Translations under genes and position numbers: made by a program | The notes under the pieces: model-generated | Database searches by the model: none | Told to the model about the DNA's origin: nothing | Seen by the model: the letters and a program-made list of their open reading frames with translations, nothing else | Source: Vitrella brassicaformis CCMP3155 | Taxonomy: Eukaryota > Protista > Chromerida | Direction: 5' to 3' | Length of the DNA: 64,000 bases | Assembly: GCA_001179505.1 (NCBI GenBank) | Contig: CDMY01000318.1 | Location: 1 to 64,000, forward strand | Shown: positions 48,617 through 59,203 of the stretch, in pieces | Numbering within the stretch: the first letter of the stretch is position 1 | Layout: every line of letters begins with the position of its first letter

Positions 48617-48903
48617 CAGGACGATGCAGAGTGGCTGCAGGTCTCCTTCCACTTCCTCTCTCCTTTCCCCTCTTCCTTTCTCCTCATCCGTTTCCCCTCT
48701 ACCTTTCTCCTCTTCGCTAGGACTGCGAGCTCAACTCCGAGGCGATCAGCAGGTTGGGCTGGCGAGAAGGGGATCATGAGCATGAAGACGGATCCGTCTC
48801 ATCACGATACATAGGTAGGTCAGGTGCCTTCCACACCAAATCCATCCTCGAACCATCACATGGCAAACAGCATCTTGTTGTGTCTGTGTGATCATGCAGA
48901 CAC

Positions 48904-49203
48904 NNNNNNNNNNNNNNNNNNNNNNNNNNNNNNNNNNNNNNNNNNNNNNNNNNNNNNNNNNNNNNNNNNNNNNNNNNNNNNNNNNNNNNNNNNNNNNNNN
49001 NNNNNNNNNNNNNNNNNNNNNNNNNNNNNNNNNNNNNNNNNNNNNNNNNNNNNNNNNNNNNNNNNNNNNNNNNNNNNNNNNNNNNNNNNNNNNNNNNNNN
49101 NNNNNNNNNNNNNNNNNNNNNNNNNNNNNNNNNNNNNNNNNNNNNNNNNNNNNNNNNNNNNNNNNNNNNNNNNNNNNNNNNNNNNNNNNNNNNNNNNNNN
49201 NNN
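48904..49203. other. Assembly gap (300 N)
   Basis: Run of N. Confidence 1.
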
Positions 49204-50121
49204 CCTGCTGCATAGCCTCGCGCTCATCGCCGCTTATACCTTCGAAGAAAGAATCACCGAACGTCGTCAGCCTGCAGTGCACCACAGAGAACCAACATAG
49301 ATGACCACCGCGTCTCTGCCGGCCTGGCTGCGTCCACATCCATTCATCCGTACCATCCGGCGACGTCTGTGGGGAGGGGTGTCGGCCGGTCGATCAGCAC
49401 ACATGACCGGACCTCAAAGCCATTCGCCTCCAGCAGGGCCGTGTACTCCTCGGCTGTGGGAAAGAACCACGGGTGCCGGCTGTCGAAGTCGGAGTGCCCG
49501 CGGGCAGCCAGCGCCTCCTTCACTGAACGACGAACAAGGCAGCATGGCATCGAGTCACCCCATCCCTCCCTCGCACTGGCTTACGTGCGTCGACGATGCA
49601 CTGTATGTTGGCGTGACCGCCAAACTCTGCGACGAACCGCCCGCCCTTCTTGAGCAGCCCTCGCACATTCCGCACCACCTTTGCCGGGTCGCTCTTCATC
49701 CAGTGCAAAGCCGCGTTGCTGAAGACGGCGTCGAACGCCCCCTCCCACTCAGGCATCTTCTCGTCCAGCCGGTGGCCGTCGATGACGTGCGCGTCAGTGA
49801 TGCCATTGTCGCGGGCTGCGTGGATCATCGGCTCGCTGGCATCGACTGCGGTGACGGAAGCGCCAGATGATTGAAGCTGCAGGGTCAGGACCCCATCGCC
49901 ACACCCTGAGAGCGACAAACACATTGCAATGATTGAATCAGATGCGCTGCGTTCGGTCACTTACTTTCGTCGCTCTTACCGAGATCTAAGATGCGCTCGC
50001 CTTTCTGAGGGCTGAGGTCCTTCAGCAGAGGCGCGCCGAGCCTCGGCACAAACCCGGCGTGTGTCTGATATTGAGAGCTACTCCATTCATTCGAGCGCTC
50101 TCCAGTGAAGTCGCTGGGCAT
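49204..50121 (-). CDS. SAM-dependent methyltransferase, tandem copy 2 (3' end runs into the gap)
   Basis: Near-identical to copy 1 at offset 1505 bp, with a few substitutions (GGYG/GGHA, PKLG/PRLG). Confidence 0.85.
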
Positions 50122-50277
50122 CAGGACGATGCAGAGCGATGCAGAGCGGTATACCTTGCTCTTCGAATGCCTTGAATTCGGGAAGCGTTCTCTTGTCAGC
50201 AACGGTTTCATGGAGCACCCTAGGCAGAGAAGCTCGCACAGAACCCCCGGGCGTGAAGACCTCGCGCGAGTGAAGCA

Positions 50278-53200
50278 ATGCAGCGCCAATGCAACGGTTC
50301 GCCAGATCCCGCTGCATTGACTCATGACCGGCCATCGCGGAGGTGGATCTGTCGGAGAAGAAGACTGTGGCGTGGGGCGTTGGTGGCTGCATCGGCAGCG
50401 CTGATATGGGGGAGGGCAGCACACGCCATCGACTACAGCAACGACCGGTGCAGGCTGACCAACGCATCGTTCCTTACCAATGACGAGCTGGTGAGTTGTG
50501 CTCTGCTTCATTGATTCATTCATTGATTCACTGACCTGTACTGTGTGTTGGTGGGGCTTTTTGCATGCTGCAGTTTTGGTACGATTCGAAGGAGGGGCGG
50601 GTTAAGCCCAGATGTGAGAGCTGCTTTCCTCTTGAAGTCACCGGTGAGCGATGGGGCGACGCACGAGGGGTGGGCTTCCGTTCTCTCATCCGTGTGTGTG
50701 TGTCTGCCTACATTGCAGCCACGCAGCTCTGCCTTACCGATTGCTTCTTTCCATACCAAAAGTGAGTGAGTGAGGCGGATGCCACAAATGAGCTAATGAC
50801 CATATCTGCCGGTGTTGTATGTGTGTGCGTCATTCCCTCAGTGGCACACACGACTTTGACAGTGTGGTTGACACGCTGTTCCGACTGCCCTGGGAGCACC
50901 TGGTGCAGCCGCCATTCGCCAACGTGACTCTGGCCAACCCAACATTCATCGTCGGTAAGTGAGAAGGACCGTCCTGCACACAAAGACTGTGTGTGATTCT
51001 GTTTGTGTGCAGGTTATGGCCCTCCCGGCAGCGGCAAGAGCCACATAGTAGAGTGGCTGTCGTATCTGGCGCCTGAGCTGCAGGTGACCCGGGACAACAC
51101 GATGGACGGCAACATCGACAGTGAGCAGTGTGTGGGGACCAGACCCACAGTGCCCGAGCAGACACGCACACCCCACATGTGTGTCTGCTCTCTCAGTGGT
51201 GTTTCAGTCGCTTCGTCAGTTCCGCGTCGAGTACGAGAGCATGAGCCAGGCGTGTGCCAACTGCACGTGCACCACAGACGAGCTCCTGGGCTTCAGACAG
51301 AGACTGTAAGCTACACTCGCTGTCCACACAGCTACCAGCCGGAGAATTGCTGTGTGTGCATGTGGCATCAATGTGGCATCAGGTACTCGGTGTACCGTTA
51401 TTTTTCTGACCAAGTCAACGACGAGTTGCTCTACCTCAGCACGCTCGAAAGGTTTCAGCCGGATTCCTTTCACATAACACGACAGGCACACATGCGCGAA
51501 GGACGCTGAGCACTTTTGTCTGCCTGCCTGCCCCTCTGGTGTCAGGTTGAACATATACTGGGAGACGACCGGCTGGGCCACGACATGGACTCTGCCGATT
51601 GTCGAGAAGATGAAGCGCTGGGGGTACAGAGTAGTTGTCGTATACCCACTGGTGAGGCAAGCAATCACATACCCACCCAAGAGGCACTCACTGACCTTGC
51701 CACCTGCTCGCTACGCCTGCAGGCTTTCACCCATCAGCTGCAGCAACGTGCTTCAAAGCGGGAGAAAGAGAAAGGTCACCACACTACACATACATTTCTC
51801 CGTCCATCGATCACATGCGTCGCTCTCTGCATTCGTGGACGCAGGTCAGATCCTGAACTATCCTGTGTCCATTGCGCGCAACGCCGAGCGGGCCACGAGC
51901 AACTTTCTGCTGCTCGGGGCGAGCCCGAACGACACCACGCTTGACGTGACCGGCCGGCGGGTGCTCAAGGGTGCAGACAGGCTGCTGCTGGTCGACAACA
52001 GCGGTAGGAAGACCAGCAGGCGGCCCCTCATATTCGACCGTCGGTGCGACACCGGCATTAGTGTGTCGGGAGAGGCCAAATTCGAATGCTTGTAAGATAC
52101 GGAAAGGGCAGATCTGACGGACCATTGCTCTCTGTGTGTGCCAGCACGACCTGCAATCCATCGTTCTGCGACCGGCTTGACGTGTGGCTCGGTGCTGGTG
52201 GCATTTCTGCGGCTGAAGAGGATGGTGGCATGAGCGGCATTGAAAAGCAGATGATTGAGTGCTGCACAGCCGACTGGCGGGCGAGGGAGTGCGCGAGGCG
52301 GCTTGCTGGCAAAGTGCTGGCAACATACAGTGACGAAGAGATCATACAGGCACGCCCATGCACGCTAGGCGAAAACATGCGCACGCATCTCATCTCTGCC
52401 ACGTGTGTTCTGTCAGCTGCGGTCGCTGGGTCGCATGCCATGGGACAGTCGGCTGGCGCGCGATGCCTTCCGGCTGATCCACGTGCCGTCCGACCAGCCC
52501 ATCAGCATTCCGCAGCGTTGCGTGGCCGAGGCGCACACCCTGCACGCCAACCAAGTGCTCCATGCCTACATCATCCAGCAGCTCAAGCAGACGCAACAAA
52601 CAACCGATCTTCAGAAACACGTCCAAGTGAGCCACGGGGGCGTCTGTACCAATGCACTTAAGCCGATGCGTCTTCTCTTGTGTTGTATTGTCGACTGGAC
52701 TGATGGGCTGACAGGAGGTGATCGACGCGCAGGAGCAGCTCGCCTTTGAGGGCTATGCGGCCAGGTGTGCACTGATGGCGAATGCGCACATGACGCTGCA
52801 AGAGACCTTCTCGATCGTCGAAGAGGTGAGTGACACACAAAAATGTCCCTTGTTCGTCTCGTCACATCCACTGGTCTCTCTCTCCCTCTCTCTCTGTGGT
52901 GGGCGCAGGTGCTGCATTTGGAGAAGGGCATGCAGTTCTACTGGACAAAGGACAGGCAACTGTGCGCCCTACGCCGCTACCCGTCCCCCTCCCTCCCCCC
53001 CCACCATTTCTCGGGACTCGGCCCTCCTCGTCCCCCGCCAAACAGCCGCCAGCATCATCACAACAACACGACAACAACAGCCGCCCTCGGTCACCCCCAG
53101 TTCTTCAAGTCGAATCTCTGCGTGTCTGTGATGCCCTTCAACACGCCATGTGGCCTGCCCGGCCTCCAGGACGGCCGCCACAAATGCTGGATGATCGCTC

Positions 53201-54227
53201 TACGGGAGCGTGTCAACGTGACGGCCAGCAGCCGGTTGGGCGGTGACGGTCATTACTCGATGGACGACCATCTTGAGAGGAGATGTCGTGAGGCTCTTGG
53301 AGTGCCGTCCTGCCAGCACTGGGAGTTCCGAGAGACCAGCAGCAGCAGCAGCAGCGGCAGCGGCAGCCGTCAGCAAATGCACACAGACGGGCGGCAAAGG
53401 GAGACCATCCGACGGCTCTATCTCAAAGGCAGCAACATGGTCTTCTCGATGGTATTCCCCACCCCCCGGAATGTATTCTGACACGCGTGAGCGCCTGTGT
53501 GTGCAGGTGGGCGGCAGCGTGACCAGTCGCTCGCCGGAGGACATTGCGCGTGAGGTGGCCACGGACAGGGGGCGGCCGTCGATCACGGAGGAGGTGCGGG
53601 ACGGAGTGCGCGTGGGCCGGAGGAAGCTGTCCATCCTGGCGCCTGAGTGGACTGGCGCCGACTCGTCGATGGACGACCCTCAGTCACTATCAGGTGAGTC
53701 AAGACACCGTCACGCCATTGCGGTGTGTGTGTGAGTGTTGTGGATTGTGTCGTCGACGAATGCAGACAGCCGCGCCCGCCTCTTGTCGCTCTACAGCAGC
53801 GACATCAACGAGTGCCGGTCAGCGCAGTGCCACGCACCCACCTGCCAATCTGTTGTCCTTTCCATCGGTGTACTTCTCTGTCTGTCTGTGTGTGTGTTGG
53901 TGCTGCGGTAGCGATGTATGGGATAAGCGTCGCGGCAAACCCACAGACGCGTTGTCGGATCCCTTCACTGCAGCATTTCGAGGCGAAATGGACAGAAAAG
54001 GTCAGCCACACAAGGACCAGTCAGATAAGCGCATCTCGGTCATCACTTGGCCTCCCATCACGGCTGCAGTTCCCCGCTCGCCACTGCACTCGGCAGACGT
54101 GAGCATGCGACTGGCTGCCGTGCATGAGCATCCGAGGTTGCCGGCGGCCATCGATGGTGCAGGGGAGGGTGCATGGGGCGTGGGGATGTGGAGGTCGCTT
54201 GCTGAGCAGCTCAGGCTATTCGCTTGA
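50278..54227 (+). CDS. Signal-peptide-bearing zeta-toxin-like P-loop kinase with a long C-terminal region
   Basis: LWRGALVAASAALIWGRAAHA|IDY leader. Phase-compatible exons give TFIVG|YGPPGSGKS, GNID|MVFQSL, R|LNIYWETTG, GYRVVVVY, QQRASKR..GQ, ADRLLLVDNSG. The 3' end is approximate. Confidence 0.7.
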
Positions 54228-54431
54228 GTGAGTGAATGGGAGGGATCGATGCTCTGTCTGTGTAAGGTTGTCAGTGCGTGCATGTGTGTGCACTGCAACA
54301 TGAGACATAGGACATATAGACAGACAGACACATTCATGCCCTGACGTCTGCGCTGTGCAGCTGCTGCGATGATCCGTCCATCCGTCCATCGGTCACATGT
54401 TCCATAGCCCTGTTGCCGCTCTGATCCATCC

Positions 54432-55369
54432 TCACACTCTCAGCTGCGGATACTCCGCCAGAACGGCGGGATTTCTGCACGCAATGCAATGATACATGCC
54501 ACATCAGTTGTGACTCTCACGCGCCGACCCTCACCTCTCATTCTTGACTCGTGCAATGATGAAGAGCACGCCAGGCACGGCAGCCAGGGCAAGGCCCACG
54601 ATGAGAGAGGAGGGCAGGCTGTGGGGAATCCCATACGCCAGACCCACATATGCGATGCTGCATGTCGGGTGGCGCACACGGACGAATGTATCGGAATGTT
54701 CAATGAAGCGGGCGGGTGTCTCGCTTGCTCACAGGCATTCGACGGCGCCCCTGACGGCAAAGTCCCGCAGCACGAGGGGATTCTGCGTCGGATTGCACCA
54801 CGGCTTACAGCACGGCAGGTGGGGGGCCGTGGTTACAGCACGGCAGGTGGGGGGACTGAATGCAGGCGGGAGAGACACACGAACACGCATGTCTGCTCCT
54901 GTTCTGTCATATTGGCGGCCTCTTGCTCACTTCAATCACGAGGATGCAGGCGGCGCACAGCCTGCTCAACCACAAAGCACAGCGGGGGCATGGATACATC
55001 GCAGACTTGCGATGGCCTTTGCCTTTGCAGTGGATGATGTGTCTCGACTGCTCACCATGCCCAGAGGGCGACGAAGAACGTCCTCCTGTTGTTGAGTAAC
55101 ATCAGGAAGGCAGAGATCAAGATGAAGACGGCCACAGGTATCGAGAGATAGTTGGCCCAGCCCCATGCCTTCTCCAGTCGGCCAATCCAGGGCCTCACGC
55201 GGCGTATCCGCCTGCTGCTGCTGTCTCTCTCTCCCTCTCCCTTGCTGGGTGGCCGTCCTGCTTTGGCTGTCTTTGATGGGCTCTTGGGGCTTCCTTGGTC
55301 ACGCGGGCTTCTTGACGGCTGAGAGCGCGGGCTTCTCGAAGGTGCCGGGGAACGGGACTTAGAACTCAT
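54432..55369 (-). CDS. Small multi-pass membrane protein with a Ser/Pro/Arg-rich N-terminus (possibly COPI-associated/Tvp15-like)
   Basis: MSSKSRSPAPSRSPR.., TM YLSIPVAVFILISAFLMLL, exons PWCNPTQNPLVLRDFAVRGAVECL|IAYVGLAYG..LIVGLALAAVPGVLFIIARV|NPAVLAEYPQLRV*. One internal junction is unresolved. Confidence 0.5.
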
Positions 55370-55493
55370 GTGCTGAACTGCGCTGCGATAGTCACGGAAG
55401 GATGTCAGAAGGAGAAAGGTGTGTGGGCGTCTTGGGGGCGTCCTTCGCCGGCCAAGACTGGTACCGGCCAATTGATGCAAAGTTTCACGGTGC

Positions 55494-57154
55494 AATTGCG
55501 TCTGCAGGTTTGCAGACCCCTTTGAGTCGTGCGCGTGGCCAGCAGAGGCCTGCCTCCTGGTTGACGTCCCTGTTGGCACTGCCGCATAACGGTCGCAGGA
55601 GCCATGGCGATGCAAAGGCCATGGTGATGTAAACCAGAGGATTGTTTGGAGTTGTCGGCCTTTGCATCGCTCTCTGGGTTTGGCTGAATGATCAGCATAC
55701 CATGAATCATCTAGCACATAATATGTAACATTGATTCAGCCGACCTTACGCGTTGGCCAACACGTGTAGATCGAGACGCCCCCACTCGCATGCACAGTGC
55801 CTTCCGTCTGATCAGTATCGCCCCCAGCCGCCTAAAAGGCCGTAAAGAAGGTTTCTGCGAGTCGTTGGGTTGTTGAGGATGGCGCAGGCCGCAGAGACCA
55901 TGGAGCACGACCCCTATGTGGTCCAAAACTTCAACTTCTCTCGAATGCTGGGAGCAGGTGAGCTGGCGGGACGAGAGGGAGGGTGAGAGGAGCCGGGGAA
56001 GCGTGAGACACGGCGTGGGACGTGATGCACTGAGGGAGGCGGGATGGAATGTGTCGGATGGATGGTGCATTTTGCTCTGTGTGGGTGCGTGGACGCGTGG
56101 GTGGATGTATTGGCATATTCTTGAGGCTTTCCATTACGTACTACCTCCTTTTCATTCTTTCCCTCTGTCTGCTTATTCTGTTGGTGTGCAGGTGTCTATG
56201 GCTGCGTAGCTGCCGTGACGAATCGCACGTTGGCTGAGGTCCCCAAGGGCACACCGCTGGCCATCAAGAAGGTGACCACGCCACTGACTGATCATCCTGG
56301 GGGAACTCATGGTGACATCTCTCTCACCCGCCGTGCATTTGGTGCGGTGTGATATGGTGCGTTGTTGTGTGCAGATGAGGAAGTGGAACGGGGGCGAGGG
56401 CATGGAATCCACCACGATGCGCGAGGTGAGAGGCCTACCACACGTTGGCAATCCCACACACAACACGACGCACCACAACAAACTCATCTCCCCCACGTCC
56501 CCGCCATCTTTCCGTGTATGTGTGTGTGTGTGCCAGGTGAATGCGTCGATGGCGTTGAGGGGCCACATGAACATCGTCACCCTCCACAAGGTGGACATGG
56601 ACCCCTCCGACCCCATGGCCACCATCGTGTACCTCATCTTCGAGCTGTGCGAGGCCGGCGACCTCGGACGCCTCCGTACCATCTGTGCCAAGGAGAACAA
56701 AATCAACTTCCCCTACTGGAACCCCAACAAACTACTCCCCAAGAACACAGGTACCACACACACAGCGACAACACACACATGGGAGAGGGAGAGGGAGAGA
56801 GGCTCACGTGTTGGTTTGTATGTGTGTGTGTGTTGGTGTGTGTGCAGTGCCGACGCTGGAGCAGTTGGCCCGCGTGATGTTCCAGATACTCAACGGCATC
56901 GCCTACATGCACTGCAAAGGACGTACGCCATCCTGGCACTATGGCGCACATCATACCAACCCCTCTTCCATCCACAGCCATGTTCTGATGTATCTCTGTG
57001 TGTGTGTGTGTGTGTGTGTGCAGTCATCCACCGTGACCTGAAACCTCAGAGCATCCTCATGACCAACAACTGGATCGTCAAAATCGCCGACTTCGGTCAG
57101 TTACCGCACACAAGAGATCCGCCCACACATCCATCCATCCACTCGGCCTCTTTG

Positions 57155-57189
<35 letters not shown>

Positions 57190-59100
57190 TGTGTTCTTCA
57201 CTCAGGTTTGGCCCGCACGGTGACAATTCCGAATAAGTTGATGTCGCACAAGGTGGCCACTCAGTGGTGAGCACCCAACCCAATCCAACACCTACACCCT
57301 CACACACACACACACAGACATACATACAGAGCATCGCACAGTGCATTCAGCAGTGTCTCTCTCTCTCTCTGTGTTGGTGTGTGTGCAGGTACCGCCCCCC
57401 CGAGTTGTTCATGGGACCGTCGCATCACGGCTGTGCAGGCGTTGTACCACCCCTTCTTCGACATCGTTAACAAGAAAAAGTAAGTGGGCCAAGGAGAACA
57501 CACACAGACACAGACACACACACACACAGAGAGAGTGAGAGAGAGAGATGGACGAATGGACACGTCTCTTCTTTGCTTCTTGTCGTTTGTGTGTGCAGGT
57601 ACCACCACTTCCTGGGCGAGTTGCAGGCCAACTATCCTGAAGGTACGTATACGTTTGGTAGAGGAGACACAGACCCCCTTCCCCCTGCCCCCCTTGCCCA
57701 CACACAAAGATACAGAGAGACACAGAGAGAGAGAGAGAGATACCCGCCACCCACCCATCACCTCTTCCCCTCTCTCTCTCTCTCTCTGTGTCTCCATCCA
57801 TCCATCAATCCGTGTATCCATGCAGGGTATCCCGTGATGCCGCCGAAGCCGCCCTTCCCCGAGGTCAACTACGGCCTCCCCGACGACCACATGGACATCG
57901 ACGATGACAAGATGGACATCGACGACGGACCGGCACCGGCCGCCGCCGCCGCTGCTGCTGCTAGCGGTGGTGGCAGTGGCAGTGGCTCCAAGCGCCGCCG
58001 TGTCCGCCGTGGCCCCACACAGGGCAACAACCAGGCTGCCGGGGGCGGGGGGGAGGGGGTGCGGATGTCGCCCCGTCTGCAGGAGAAGCGGGAGAACGGC
58101 CAGGGACCTATCAATTACGCCCAGCTGTCCAAGGGCAAGGGCAAGAAGCGCGACGGCGACGGCCACGCCAAATAGAGCACCAACACACACCACACACCAC
58201 ACATACACAGATGGACGTGCTGAAGGGGGAGTGTGTGTGTGTGGGAATGCTGTGGCCGCCTGGCTGTTTGGTGACTCACTGGTGAGTATGAGTGTTTGTT
58301 GTGGTGCTGTGGTCGTCCGCCTGTCCGGTCGTATTGTATTGTGTTATATTGTGTTGTGTTGTATTGTATTGTCTCTCTCAGTGATTTTGCTTTTTGGGAG
58401 AGAGAGAGAGAGAGGTCTCATACACACAGGTCAGCCACACGCACGCAGCTCTGCATCTGTTTTGATACCATCACACACACCCACACATAACGAAACGCAC
58501 CCAGGTATTGCGTGGATGGGTGGCTATCAATCTGGTTTTGTTTTTTGGCAGACGGTGAGCCGAACCGACAAACACACACACACCCGCACACTACACCACA
58601 CCACACCACCTCTGCCAGCACCAGTTCGTTGCCCAATGCCGCGGTCTCTGACCTTTGGCCGCTCTTTGACTGAGCTTGAGGACAGACAGGAGCAGTGATG
58701 GGATAAGTAGCTAGTGCTGGGAGGGGGAGGGGTGGTGTGTGTGGCCTGCCTGGGATGTGTGTGAGTGGACGGACAGACTAACCGACAAGACAGTCAGACA
58801 GACAGACAGCGCATCCCACACACACAGAGAAACACAGAGACCCCTCCGTGCCGTCCCCTTTTTTGCGCGTCTCCGTGCTGTGGCCGGCCGTGGTGCCTTT
58901 CTGTATGCATGCGAGTGTTTGGGCGTGTCCGGTAGTTTCCATGGCTGGCTGGCTCAGTGCTTTGATGGATCGATTCGATGCATGGGTTGATTGCGTTGCC
59001 GTACGTGTGTTTAATTTGGCTGCTGGCGGGCGTGGACGATCGATGCGACACTTAGCGAGGCAGACAGACACGGAAGCGACCGACGGATCGACTGAATCAG
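55494..59100 (+). repeat. Right arm of the large inverted repeat
   Basis: Reverse complement of 43130-47433, minus a 767-bp internal deletion. Confidence 0.92.
55879..58175 (+). pseudogene. CDK-like kinase copy B, pseudogene (767-bp deletion with frameshift, catalytic-loop Asn to Ser)
   Basis: ..FMGP jumps to SHHGCAGVVPPLLRHR* at GGACCG 57414-57419. The catalytic loop reads HRDLKPQS (AGC at 57050-57052). Confidence 0.9.
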
Positions 59101-59203
59101 TGTGAAGGAATGATATATATATATATACGTATATGGATACACGATGACTTCGTTCGTTCATTTACACCATCTCAGTATCTCTCACTGAGAACTTCGAAAC
59201 GTA

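Noticed and set aside
54489-55095. Plus-strand ORFs of 182-183 aa
   Set aside because: They are antisense to the spliced minus-strand membrane-protein gene, which has better splice and TM support.
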